DNA of 45,502 nt, the filler included, from Sporopachydermia quercuum (Eukaryota): the NCBI GenBank assembly GCA_001599295.1. It is 7 parts of 6 records of this genome, joined end to end, with 100 filler letters (N's around TTAATTAATTAA, not from the genome) between each part and the next. Parts side by side here need not be neighbours in the genome. Positions count along the whole stretch, not along the records: positions 29,642 to 32,239 come from BCGN01000007.1; positions 32,340 to 41,349 come from BCGN01000013.1; positions 41,450 to 43,867 come from BCGN01000014.1; 4 more parts are not named here. One strand, given 5' to 3'. Every line of letters begins with the position of its first letter. Position 1 is the first letter of the stretch. The notes beneath the pieces are model-generated. The model was not told the DNA's origin. It did not search any database and saw only the letters and a list, made by a program, of their open reading frames with translations. The translations under genes and the position numbers were made by a program. This document shows, one piece after another, positions 32,239 through 43,967 of this stretch.

Positions 32239-32339
32239 ANNNNNNNNNNNNNNNNNNNNNNNNNNNNNNNNNNNNNNNNNNNNTTAATTAATTAANNNNN
32301 NNNNNNNNNNNNNNNNNNNNNNNNNNNNNNNNNNNNNNN

Positions 32340-33360
32340 ATTCACCATCTTCCTCTGGTACGTCTGTAGTTGGTGCTGGCACACTATTAGTTTCAGTGTT
32401 GCTTAGACTGTCGCTGGTCAGTATTTCACTGGAACTACTTAATGCATCAACATTTGCTGGCCCATCTAAAGTTTGTACATCGCTGTAGTGAAAAACTGAT
32501 CCTTCAAAACTACTGAGAGCAATTGTAGATGATGTTTCTTCTAGACTAGTAGTCTTATCTGTTGTCGATTCACCTAAGCTAGTAATATCGTCTTTGAACG
32601 ATGATTCTTTGAGAACAGTTTCAATAGTAGAGCTTTGAATTTCACTAGAAGAACTCGATTTTTCATCAGCAGCAACAGTCTGTGAAGAACTAAAAGGTTG
32701 CTCACTGTCCTCTGATGAATCTTCCGGTACGTCCGATTCGGATTCACAGACTTTGGGAATGCAATATATAGCAGACTCATGATCAGCTATTTTATTGTTA
32801 TCGCAACTGCATGACATTACAGGATCGATTGATAATGATCCGGATGCGTCTTTTTTCTTTGAATAGTTATCACCACCGGGGCAAATGCCAAACTGGAAGT
32901 CATACTGAATTTTTATACTAGGGGTACAATATAAATCGCCTTGTTCCACAAAATCAACTGATACTGTAAATTCATAATCATTGATATCTTCTACTTCCCC
33001 GGTGTTTGTCTCAAACTTGCAGGTATTGGGTCTTGACAATAGAATCTTCCGATATGGGTCCATCATCTTTAATTCACGTACATCAGCAAGTGAGTAACTT
33101 TCTTCAGGGAGCTGAACCCTTAGTGTCAGATCAAACGTTGACCCCGATGTTTTTGAGTACGAGACTGGAGTCATCTGAACGAAGGGACCTCCACTTTTTG
33201 GAGGGTTTGGGAATATCACATCAGGACAATTATTTACAAAGTTGCAGTCCTTAACATCCCTCGACCTGAGTGAGCCTTCTCTCACACCAGTAGCAGAAAC
33301 AGAAGGCACGCAGAGCTGTAAAATGGCATACAATGCCGTCAGTACTAAGTACTGTAACAT
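32340..33360 (-). CDS. Flo11-domain-like adhesin, N-terminal part (signal peptide, domain, Ser/Thr linker), 3'-partial
   Basis: MLQYLVLTALYAILQLCVPSVSA signal; CNFVNNCPDVIF…FDLTL…LADVRELK…LLSR…INDYEFTV…PSIKIQYDF pattern parallels Flo11A; acidic S/T-rich tail. Confidence 0.8.
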
Positions 33361-36300
33361 AGTTATTAGTAGCACGTTTGACTCGAACTCCTAATGCTTT
33401 GAGTCGTCTAAAATTAAAATCTAATTATTCTTCCGAGATTCCTCGAATGATATTCAAAACTTTTGTCTTGATACTAGTAATCAATATGTGAACTAGTTTC
33501 TAATGGTCACTAACAATATAAATGCAAAAACTGGTTCTTATTGTTTAAAGTGAAGATAATATTCAATACGAAATTCGTTCTTTATTACCTTCATATTCAT
33601 ACTCGAAAAGAAAAAAAGAATGCTTCAAGAAGAATCGTTCTTCTTGCTAAGGGAGAGCAAGAAATTAGTTTAAGAATCTATGTTCAAACTTTAACCCTCT
33701 TAGCTCAATATTTGAATAATCTAATAACTTATATTCTTCAAGTTGGTTTAAAGTGTAATGTCAACAACTAATATTAAGTACTAATTGGGACAAGTGTCGA
33801 ACAATGTTACCATTTTGAGAAGCCCAGAACTTGTTACAATAACCATGATCACCTTTAAGGTTTTTTCCAAAATTATCTTTTAGGTTTAACGAATATAAAG
33901 AAGTGACATAGGAAGACTTAATAATTTATTTCGAGAAAGATGAGTCGCATTAGCGAAAAGTCTCTAATCGGTTACATAATGAACTAAATAGGAAGGGACG
34001 TTAGAATAGTAGCCTCAAGTAACCTCAAGTGTGGGCATGTTTGACTAGTTCTTTGCGTGAATATGTTACGTAACCACCATTTCCAGGCGTCCCTCTTCTC
34101 TTGATCAACAATCTCAAACAAAATGGAAACAAAGGAGTAAAAGAAAAAACGAACAAACAACAAACAACTTAAATATTCTGTTGTAATTTTCATGAAAAGT
34201 GATAATTCTCAACAATCTAATCAATGCCATAAAAAAGAAATTTAAATAAATAAAAGCTCAAGAAACAGTGATTTGTAAAAATCTACTAAATTACTTAGCA
34301 CACCAAGAAGTACATTTTCAATTGCTTTGATAGAATCGTTCAATCAGTTCCAAAGAACTGACTGATCCTGACTCGACACTGAAGGCCCATCTTCTAAATA
34401 TACAGATCATCTGTTATATCTGTATATAGACTATATGTATGTACTGTTCTCTTGAAATAGAGAGAATGCATTTGTTAATTATGACAATGACAAGGCAACA
34501 AAGCATCCATCCTATATTACCTTCAATAATTAATAAGTTGTGGAAAACGTGGAGTTCTCCTTTTAGAATAGATATTATTATCAGGGTACTATAGGAAAAA
34601 CATCAAAGTAGTTCATTACTACAGTAATAAGTAATTCGACAAATTGGGAGGCACAACTTTCTTTCAGTAACTGATTTCAAGACTCTGTTCTTATTACCTG
34701 TTTAGGTAATTAGATTTTACATAGTTACCCTTTACGACTATAATTCCTAAGCTATTACCCTATCAGGATATCATGGAAACTTTTTTTTACCCTTTCAGAG
34801 AGTAACTACTCTTTTAGTGCACTACTAAAATTACTCAGTAATTTTTTGCTATTAACGTTTACGTAGTTTCACATCAACAGGAAGGTATTATTTGTCTAAG
34901 TGGTCTTTCTTTCTTCAAACATTAAGTTATTCTAATTCTGGTCTGAAGCTAGAACATGAAATTGTCTTGAAAGTTAAAAGTCAAGTGATGAAGACAGGAA
35001 ATACTTTGGCGTTTATTGTCTCAACTTAAATCCAACCTTCATTCCGAACCTTTTAGTCATGGTAAAGCAAAAATCAAAATGTTGTATAGATCCACCACCA
35101 TGATGATAAGAAAAATTAAGAGATGAAAATACCGGTTGGAATAAAATCGCATATTTGGTTAACCTGAAGCAGAATTTATATAGCAAGAAGAAGAGATATA
35201 TAGGATTTGATTGAACTTGATGAGTCTTCTAATGAATTATTACAAATAACACTACTAATGTCCCAAATGGTAATATTTCAAGATCATTTCCCTTTCCATA
35301 TGAAACAATCGTATCATAACGTTCTATTGATTTCAGTAAGATGCATATTTTTTCATGTTGGTGGAAGTGCGTGAATTAATTGGGCAATCAAACGAGTCTT
35401 CCATCATTGCCATTTTTGAATAATGTAGAAATAATCAAGATAAGTTCTTAGTTTTCACGATTGAGAAAATAGGTTCCAGAAGATTGAGGTGGATTCTGGA
35501 ATTTCGGCAAAAGAGGATTCAAGTCATAGAACAGTGATCTCTCAACCGAACAAGGCAATTTAACTAGGGGCCAGTTGTTCACTAAGACTTAACTCTATTC
35601 AGAGGACCTCTGGTTGAAATCACATCATTTTTACAAACCAATCTCCACCGATAAAGGTATGTCATCAATCTAGGTAGGTATTCAAAGAATTTGAAATAAT
35701 CCGAAAGATGATGTAAACATTCTTCTCTTCGTTCTTTATTGCACATATGATTCATTTAAAGTTAGTGCAGGTTCCCCCCTCCCCTAGAGTAATATGCAAG
35801 TCTCACGTACAACTCATGTTATATTGATAGTGGTGCATAGTCACATGACCAAAATTCGATTATTCAGAGATTTCCTCAAATGAAGATTTACATAATCTCG
35901 TTATGTTTCGTTGTTGGATCACATGGGTCCACAACCAATACAATAGGCAACAAGTAGGTATTGAAAATATAATATAGAAATAATAACGAAGCAAATTCGA
36001 GTTTCTCTCTTTTGATATATAAGAAAATTATGAACCAAAAAAATAACAATCAAAAACAAAACTAAGAATGCGAAATTCACGTCAGCACATGGTGTGAAGA
36101 TAAAGTATCTGGAATTGAAATTCAATGAAAATGAAAGGATTGAAAAGTGCAGATAATTTAACACGACATGAAAAAATCTTTGATTGCAGAACAAATCAGC
36201 GGCATGAAAGAGAGCAAATAAGTATGCTGGCGAAAAGATGTCGAATGAAACAATGGAAAAGAATGATTAACTATTTGAACAGACAAACACTGACATAGCT

Positions 36301-36365
36301 GTTGACTGAAAAGAAATTTTGAAAGAAAGATGGAACTGATTTATTTGATTCAAGTCATCTCTTAC

Positions 36366-38120
36366 TCAATGAAGCCATATGAAAAACCCTAGAAGCATCA
36401 TGTCTATAAAAGAAGAGATTTTACTTCATTTGAGAGTGAATTTCCCTTATCTTTGTGCATGGGTATATTGTTTGTTCCATAAGTATGTGGACCAGCTCAG
36501 TACCTCTGTTGCAGAACTTAAAGATCCAAATTTTGACTCGATTGGAATAGTTAGAAAGTCCCCTGTAACTGTAGCACGAACATCAGGAGAAACTACAGTA
36601 ACGGCACAAGGGGGAAGAACGGTAGTCACATAAGGCTCACCTGGTCTAGTGATAGAGCAGGTAATTCTTAGTTTACTGGAGACTGTTATCTGTATGTCAG
36701 ATTCACTAGCGCTTGAAAAGGCAATTGTATATGTAAATAGTGGTTCTCTCTCAGTATCGCTAGTAACTGGAGGTTCAGTAGTGAAGGATGAGGGTTCATC
36801 GGTGGGGGTTGACGGTTCATCGCTATTGGATGAGGGTCCAACAGTTGTGGTTTCGGCGCCACTGCAATCTTTTGGAATGCAATATATCAGTGAATATTTT
36901 TGCCCAATGTTAAAATTGTCGGCGTCACATGACGTTTCAGGGTCAATTGAAGGTATAGCTGTTCCCCCTCTGTCTTCTTCAATTTCACCGTTTTGACCGA
37001 TGTTTAGTGTCAAATCATACTTCATCGAGATTTGAGGAAAACACCACTTGTCATCGTGCGGCTTCTAATTCCACTGTAACTGTCGATTCAAAGTGTGTCA
37101 GAATGGAAACTTCATGGGTATTGATTTCAAAAATACAATTGTTACGGCGAGCAAGAAGTACTTTGTGAGAGTTAGTCCATTTCAACTCACATACATCATT
37201 AAGGCCATAGTCTTCATAAGGCATTTCCTCTCGAATATCCAAATCAAATGTCCTTCCTTCCTTCCTTCCTTATGCTTGAAATCAAGAGGTGTAAGTTTCA
37301 CGAACAGACCACTTCAAGGTATATACTTTGTTAATAAACTTTACTTCTGGTCTATTGATGAAATTGCATCCGGATCTGCTTGGAATTTCGGGAAGAGGCA
37401 CAAAATAGTATGTAGAAGGCGAAGGCAAGTTGCCATTTGTAGTGGATGACGGTTCATCCGCAGAGGTTGACAGTTCGTCGGTAGAGGGTTCATCACTCGA
37501 GGAAATTTCTTGTAAACAGCTCTTGGGCAAATAATAACCAGGTGTTTGACGAATAAGGAAACTACTTCTGTTAGTTGCACATTTCAACTTTGACCCAATT
37601 TGAAACATTAATTGCTATTACTATAGCCTTCATTTTTTACCCCGTTTGGACAAATACCAAACTTGAAAGTATATTTGACCGTAATCTGGGGCAAAAAAAG
37701 AACAGGCTCGTTTTGTTCAAACCTGGGGAACTAATGATGTCTTTCTCAAGATCATGAAAGTCATTCACGTCGCTGATATCGATTTCTTTTATCAAAAGGA
37801 GCATTTCTTTCTTTTCGACCGCTCTCGTGATAAGGTGTCACCTGAAAAGGTTCAGTTATTTCTATAACCTCCACGTCATTCAAGGAGTATCGGGTACTAG
37901 GTAATCGAAAGTTTAACTCGACATCAAAACTGGAACCAGCATTATGTTTGGGTGACACAGGTGTGATAAGAACAACGATTGTGCCCCATCTTCCACCTGG
38001 TGCTAAATCTGGGCATTCATTTTGAAAGGTACACTTATGATGTACGTCTATTGCATTAGTTTACCAAACAAAATGATGTAACAATGGCATAATGAAAAAC
38101 AATGGCCAATGATTCGGCAT
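36366..38120 (-). pseudogene. Degraded two-domain Flo11-like adhesin
   Basis: MPNHWPLFFIMPLLHHFVW*…CTFQNECPDL…SFDVELNFRLP…YSLNDV; second domain YGLNDVCELK…LLARRNNC…IDPETSCDADN…IYCIPKDC; hydrophobic tail MMLLGFFIWLH*; many stops and frameshifts. Confidence 0.85.
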
Positions 38121-39954
38121 TGTCAGATACGTGTATATTGAAGAATAAGTAAGGTCCATTCAATGATTCATGGTTATTGACGCTTACAGTTTTTGGTACA
38201 CCTTGTTAATCATACTCCAATTCTGAATGGAGCAACTAATGATATCATGGTGATTTTGAGGAGCTTTGCTTCTTTATTTATATCAATGTGCTATGGTTTT
38301 TTTTTTCTTTTGAAGTCCTATGTGTTATAGTAACCATCATGTTTTTATTGTATCAAGTCAATTAGTTGCGTTATCCTTTCACCAATTTGTGGTTTTTCTC
38401 CTTGGTAATTAAGATTTGTAAGGTCCATTTCATTCTTTAGTGGTCAAACACAAGTGCAGAGATACAATACCGAACGTTTCGTATAGTCACTTGCCGAAGT
38501 CAGTCGCGGTAAAATAGTAGTCAACAGAATAATGGGAATTCTACGGCAAAAGGGGACAACTCGTTTATATATTGAACAGAATGTAGCGATGCCAAAATTT
38601 ATTAATTGGGAACATTTTTACTTTAGTTAGGTAAGACTACACCATTTCATAATTCTGAATGAACAAAAACAGAGAAAACAAAGAAATAAAAGAAAAAAGT
38701 CTCAAATAGATTCTCAAGCAATTTAACAATATCAATGATCAAATAAAAGTTCTAAAAAGGTATGGAGCCCAAGTTTTTCTGTTAAATGGATTGTTAGTAA
38801 AACCTGGTTGCTAGAATATTAGGCTCTCGGAAATCATTCAAAATAAAAGTGCTTAACATCAATGTAGCCTTTATTATTCCTCAAAAGCAACATTAGGTGT
38901 TTATAAAGATAGTTTGTGACGGTTGAAAATCAATCCTTTTGAACTAAGAACATAAGTACTTGCCTGGTTACTTAGGCAATTGAAGATTACTGTAGAGTCG
39001 TGTAAATAATAGATCAAAGACACTGAAACTAGAATCTCGTATCTTGGAAACTTATACGAAAGAAGGCTTTCAAACGAAATGGAGTTTTATCTATATATTT
39101 TGCAATTAAGATTGTTGGACGTACATCTCTCTTGGCGTTTTAATTCAGCCATATTGTTGATGAATAAACAGATTGTGAGACATATAGCATACATTACAAC
39201 ATCAGAGAATATAAAGATTGTTATATCGTAAAGCTGAGTTAGGTTTGGTTTTAGTTTACACAAGAAAGTGAAGTTTCGCATATTACATACATATACAACT
39301 ACATTACACCTCAGTAGAAGGTGGGTGGATGTTTATAACGACGTGATTGTAATAGGCTACATTCATTCATATTACTGAATGTCTTGATAATTAGTCATAC
39401 CTGATGTGTTCTTAAAACAAGATACTTTCGAATGATGAGGAATGTCTACCGCCGGCACAAAACTTAATGAGATAAGACTAAAGGTAGCTCGACATAAACT
39501 TTCGATTCCAATCTTGTCCAATGACACATACACTCCAAAGCTTTTTCCATGGTTTTAATTCCTGTTATGTTACTGTGATTAGCGACTTTTTGTGTTTGTG
39601 TTTTTGGGTTTGTTTTCTTATCACCTTTCTTCAATCGGAATGCACAGTTTTTTTCTTGCCTACAAGTTGCTGATTGATTTACGATATGAAAGAATGCAAA
39701 TAATATATTAGTCTATGAATTTAATGTAATAATCGTAGTTAAATGACCAATGGAGTCGACAAGAAGAAGTATTAGAGTACAGTATAAAAAGAAGGATGAA
39801 AACCCTCTAAACGAAGAAAACAATAATCAATATCGAACAGTAAAATGAGAACACTTAATAAGTGATGAATAATGAGACTTGTCAACAGCATTAATCACTG
39901 AGAAAAAAAATTCAAGTCATAAAATGCTTAAGATTTAATATAAAACCAAGTGGT

Positions 39955-41349
39955 TTAGAAGAAGAAGATTGTAGAAAGTAAAGGTAAGATGAAAGCACCA
40001 ATTCTATAAGAAAGAGTTGATCCCTTTCCTTCATAAGTTGGAATTGATCCAGGAGTAGATGTAGCTCTAGTTCTTTCTTCACCAGCAATTGTTGGAGCTC
40101 CTCTCAGTATAGTTGCTGTGGCTCCTTGTTCACCGCCATCGATAACGGTGGTAAGTTGTTCAGCATTACCACCGTTGTAAACAACTGTAGTAGCTTCACC
40201 AGCTGGAACAATGACTGTTGTAGGTAAAGCGCCTCTAGTTCTTTCATCACCAGCAATTGTGGGAGCTCCTCTCAGTATAGTTGCTGTGGCTCCTTGTTCA
40301 CCGCCGTTAATAACAGTGGTAAATTGTTCGGAATTGTCACCATTGTAAACCACGGTAGTTGCTTCACCAGCTGGCACCTCAACCGTTGTAGCAACACCAG
40401 CAGGGACAACAGTGGTAGGTAGTAAAGGGTTAGTAATTGTGGTACCGTCTCCACCAACAACAGATCGAGTTCTTTCTTCAGCTGCAATGGTTGGGATACC
40501 TTGAGAAATGGTAACAGTGGTACCTTGTTCTCCGCCTTGAACGACTGTAGTAGATTCAACAAGTGGAACAGTTACAGTTCTTGCAATGGCAACGGGAGCA
40601 GTCAATGTAGTAGGTGCAGGTTGACCTGGGATTGTGATTGTGGTAGCGTCGCCAGCTGGGATTACTACCGTAGTAAGAGCACCTGGGACGGTAACTGTTG
40701 AAACTTCATTGGCAGGAACAGTAACGGTTATAACTGCAGGATTGACAACTGTTGAAATAACTCCTTCGAAGACAGTGGTTCTAGTTCCCTCCAAAACAGT
40801 AATTCTTGTTCTTTCCTCACCGGCAAGTGTTGTTCCACTTCCAGATAAGGTAACAATTGTTTGACCTGAGACTGTACTAGTTTCACCGGGGACAGTGACA
40901 GTACTTCCTTCACCGGGGACAGTGACAGTTTGGCCTGGAAGGGTAATAGTACTTCCATCAACAGTAGTTGTGATGTCAATCACAGTAGTAGTAAAACTAG
41001 TAGAGATGGTGTTTGTGACACCTGTGGTTTCAGTAGCAGTACCGGCTGTAATTGTTTCAACTGTTTCGATACTTCGGGTGGTTATGGTAGTGGTTCCAGG
41101 AATATCGGCAGTCACGGTTGTTCTGGTTCTTCCGTTGGGGACATCCATAGTAGAACCGGCACTAGAAGGAACAGCGGATGGAATTAATCCAGAAGCGGAT
41201 GTAGTTGGTTCAACAGGTGCAATAGTGGATCCCCGGGTTGTTTGAGGAACGGTGGCAGAGCTCTGTACTGGGATATCGGAGGTCTCGGTTGTTCTTGTTC
41301 TTTCGTTGGGGACATCCATAGTAGAGCCGGCGCTAGATGGAGCAAAACT
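39955..41349 (-). CDS. GPI-anchored Thr-rich cell-wall adhesin, C-terminal part (5'-partial)
   Basis: Open to the contig edge; T/V/P/G-rich 56- and 57-aa repeats; C-terminus IPTYEGKGSTLSYRIGAFILPLLSTIFFF is a typical GPI signal. Confidence 0.9.
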   Translation of the reverse strand, partial: SFAPSSAGSTMDVPNERTRTTETSDIPVQSSATVPQTTRGSTIAPVEPTTSASGLIPSAVPSSAGSTMDVPNGRTRTTVTADIPGTTTITTRSIETVETITAGTATETTGVTNTISTSFTTTVIDITTTVDGSTITLPGQTVTVPGEGSTVTVPGETSTVSGQTIVTLSGSGTTLAGEERTRITVLEGTRTTVFEGVISTVVNPAVITVTVPANEVSTVTVPGALTTVVIPAGDATTITIPGQPAPTTLTAPVAIARTVTVPLVESTTVVQGGEQGTTVTISQGIPTIAAEERTRSVVGGDGTTITNPLLPTTVVPAGVATTVEVPAGEATTVVYNGDNSEQFTTVINGGEQGATATILRGAPTIAGDERTRGALPTTVIVPAGEATTVVYNGGNAEQLTTVIDGGEQGATATILRGAPTIAGEERTRATSTPGSIPTYEGKGSTLSYRIGAFILPLLSTIFFF

Positions 41350-41449
41350 NNNNNNNNNNNNNNNNNNNNNNNNNNNNNNNNNNNNNNNNNNNNTTAATTA
41401 ATTAANNNNNNNNNNNNNNNNNNNNNNNNNNNNNNNNNNNNNNNNNNNN

Positions 41450-41785
41450 ATTGTATGCTTCCGTGATGTAATTGATACGCAGCATGCTGGTGATCCCAAA
41501 ACAATTGTTTTAGAGGCAAGATTGAATGAACCTGAAGATTCGTATAATACAGGGAATGGGTTAGGAAAGGTTATACAGGGATGGGAAAAAACACATGACG
41601 GAGAATTGAAACCAAAGAGATTCCAATGGAAGTTCCAAGAGATATATCGTTTCTCCAGAAGAAAAATTTTGTATTCAAAACTAAAGAATCTTAGGGTTAG
41701 AGTTAATCAGAGCCCCATTACTCTGAGACAAGTTAAAATAAGATTGCGTTTATGGATTATCTACTTAATGTCTTCTACAAATTAA
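41450..41785 (+). CDS. 3' end of an unknown ORF with weak similarity to the Atg7 N-terminal domain (5'-partial)
   Basis: Open from the contig edge: IVCFRD…KTIVLEARL…QGWEKTHDGELKPKR; no GxGxLG adenylation motif follows. Confidence 0.4.
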   Translation: MVCFRDVIDTQHAGDPKTIVLEARLNEPEDSYNTGNGLGKVIQGWEKTHDGELKPKRFQWKFQEIYRFSRRKILYSKLKNLRVRVNQSPITLRQVKIRLRLWIIYLMSSTN

Positions 41786-43186
41786 TACCTGGACAAATAA
41801 CTTATATGGCCTTACCGGAGGTTTTTGTTTTTCCACATTGATCTTTAGTGTCTTTATCGGGCGTTTTTCTTAATAATTCAAATACTTGGTGGAAGAGGCA
41901 AAAAATTCTCTTTTTTTTTTGTAGCCAAGTAGCCCCATACGTTTGGTGAACAGTATAAAGCTGTTTCATAGCAATTTAATGTTTCTTCTCTTTCTTAATG
42001 AGTATCTTATTTTCTTATCGTCCTGCATGCCACACATACCAACGATTTACGTATTCCCAGTGGACAACATCTAGCATAATGTAAGATTTCAGATAGAAAT
42101 GGCGAACATCCATTATATATTTACTTCTTGTTTCTCCAATTTATTAAATAAAAGGTTTAAGTCATGATTTCCATTCTTAGGTGACAGCTTATATATCCGT
42201 CAGACATCAGCATCTCAATTCTTAGACCAAAACAACCATTCTATGAGCTAAGAAATCGGCTAAACCTCGTAACTTTTCTTTTTCCTTTATCTTTTACTTT
42301 TTATTTCTTTGATAAATTTAACTCAATAGCCCCAAAAAGAGGGCATAATTCAACGAGGTGTTACCGACAGAGTTGTGGTATTTGAGAGGTATACGAGTGT
42401 AATTAGAGTTCGATATATAGTCGTTTATATTGTATGTGAAGGCGCAAAAGTATGTTGCATCATCAGATAGTTAATTGAATTTGGAAGTATTCTTCTCTAG
42501 AAGAAAAGGAACAAACAGGGGAATGTCTCATTATTTATACCAACATTCACGAGAAACCTAAAATGAGAATAGGTTTCTGTCCCAACACATATGCATCAAT
42601 AGTTTCCATTTGTTCCTGTATAATTGATACTACTTATTTACTACAACCTTATTACGATTGATAGAATCTACGCTAATGGTACCAAACCCTTCGAGGACCA
42701 GACATCAATATCAAAAATTTATTCTACCTGCTATGTTTAAATATTTGAGCTTTTCAAGCTCTCACAACTCAATTTCAATCATCTACATGGAGTTTCATTC
42801 ATAGTGACGTGCAATGTATTGATATCATGGCTTGATACTATATTATCTAATGTAACTATGTCACTAACGTGACAGCTCGTTTGTGTATTGAGAGGGGAAA
42901 TAATAGCCTATTTAATTAATCGAATGGCTCTCTGTAGTTGTTGATGCAGTTGGTAGTTAAAGAACAGAAATATGTATCGACTATGACCCACCGGCCGCTG
43001 GCTCATAATCGATGCTACGCCTGAAGTGTTGACTTTGCAACAGTAAAATCTTGATTGATGTTAAAAAAGTGAACAGAATGCTCTCTTGACTCAATACTCT
43101 CCAGTGGGATATCTTTTATTTCGAATTTATTCTTATTATATCAATCATGAAAAGACATACTATTATAACCATTACACCGTTAAAGA

Positions 43187-43867
43187 TTAACCACGAATTG
43201 ATGAAACAGATTCTGATCCTGATCCAGGTGTTGGACTAGAAGAATGGACTAGCTTTGATCTACTCAACTCTCTTGAATGTCTGATTTTTCGCCTGGAGTT
43301 TGATATTCTTGACACTTGAGTTTCAGTCGAATCTTCTGATACAAGCCCTAACAATGGATCCTCATTTCCTATAGTATATTTGTCCAGCTCTCCTTCTTTC
43401 TCTTCTTTGCTATCATCATTTTCTTCTAAATCTTTCTGTATCTTAACACTCCTTTTCTCTTCAACTGCGGTCTCCTTGATCGCCTTTGATAGAAATGAAG
43501 AGTCAGGTGGTAATGAGCTATCAAGTAAACATTCCAACACATGATTCAATCCCTTGACGCTGTTCTCATACTCTTCTTCATTCGTACCATCTACATCATC
43601 TCTCACTTTCTTTATAGTCTTTATACATGATTTCAATACTTCCCCTAGTACCATATTTCTTGTTTCATTAAGCTTGATAGTCTGCTCCTGTTCTTCTATA
43701 TACTTCTCTAAAGCTTTAGTACCGTATCTACTCAATTGCTTCATTGATTTGGCTTTCACATCGTTGACCAGTTTGCTCATTTTCTTTACTGTGCCATCAC
43801 TGTCATTTATCATCTTAGTTAAGCTAGAGAAAGATGTCTCAAGAGGCTTTATAGGCTGTTGAGGTAT
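43187..43867 (-). CDS. Unknown protein, charged coiled-coil-like C-terminal part (5'-partial)
   Basis: Frame open from the contig edge (IPQQPIKPLETSFSSLTKMIND…); K/E-rich helical segments and an S-rich tail. Confidence 0.65.
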   Translation of the reverse strand: MPQQPIKPLETSFSSLTKMINDSDGTVKKMSKLVNDVKAKSMKQLSRYGTKALEKYIEEQEQTIKLNETRNMVLGEVLKSCIKTIKKVRDDVDGTNEEEYENSVKGLNHVLECLLDSSLPPDSSFLSKAIKETAVEEKRSVKIQKDLEENDDSKEEKEGELDKYTIGNEDPLLGLVSEDSTETQVSRISNSRRKIRHSRELSRSKLVHSSSPTPGSGSESVSSIRG

Positions 43868-43967
43868 NNNNNNNNNNNNNNNNNNNNNNNNNNNNNNNNN
43901 NNNNNNNNNNNTTAATTAATTAANNNNNNNNNNNNNNNNNNNNNNNNNNNNNNNNNNNNNNNNNNNN

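Noticed and set aside
32284..32339. ORF-track C-termini ending XXXX…LIN (also 43912-43967)
   Set aside because: Read-through into the N spacer and linker; the real CDSs are cut by contig ends.
40272..41245. Overlapping antisense and alternative-frame ORFs in adhesins and other genes
   Set aside because: Shadows of biased codon composition, with no independent motifs.
41562..41590. GKVIQGWE resembling the FKBP VIxGW motif
   Set aside because: Flanking FKBP motifs are absent.
41800..43180. Possible ncRNA or telomerase RNA in this intergenic region (small hairpin TGTCAC-TAAC-GTGACA near 42859)
   Set aside because: No template-like copy of the telomeric unit seen; the hairpin is too short to be informative.
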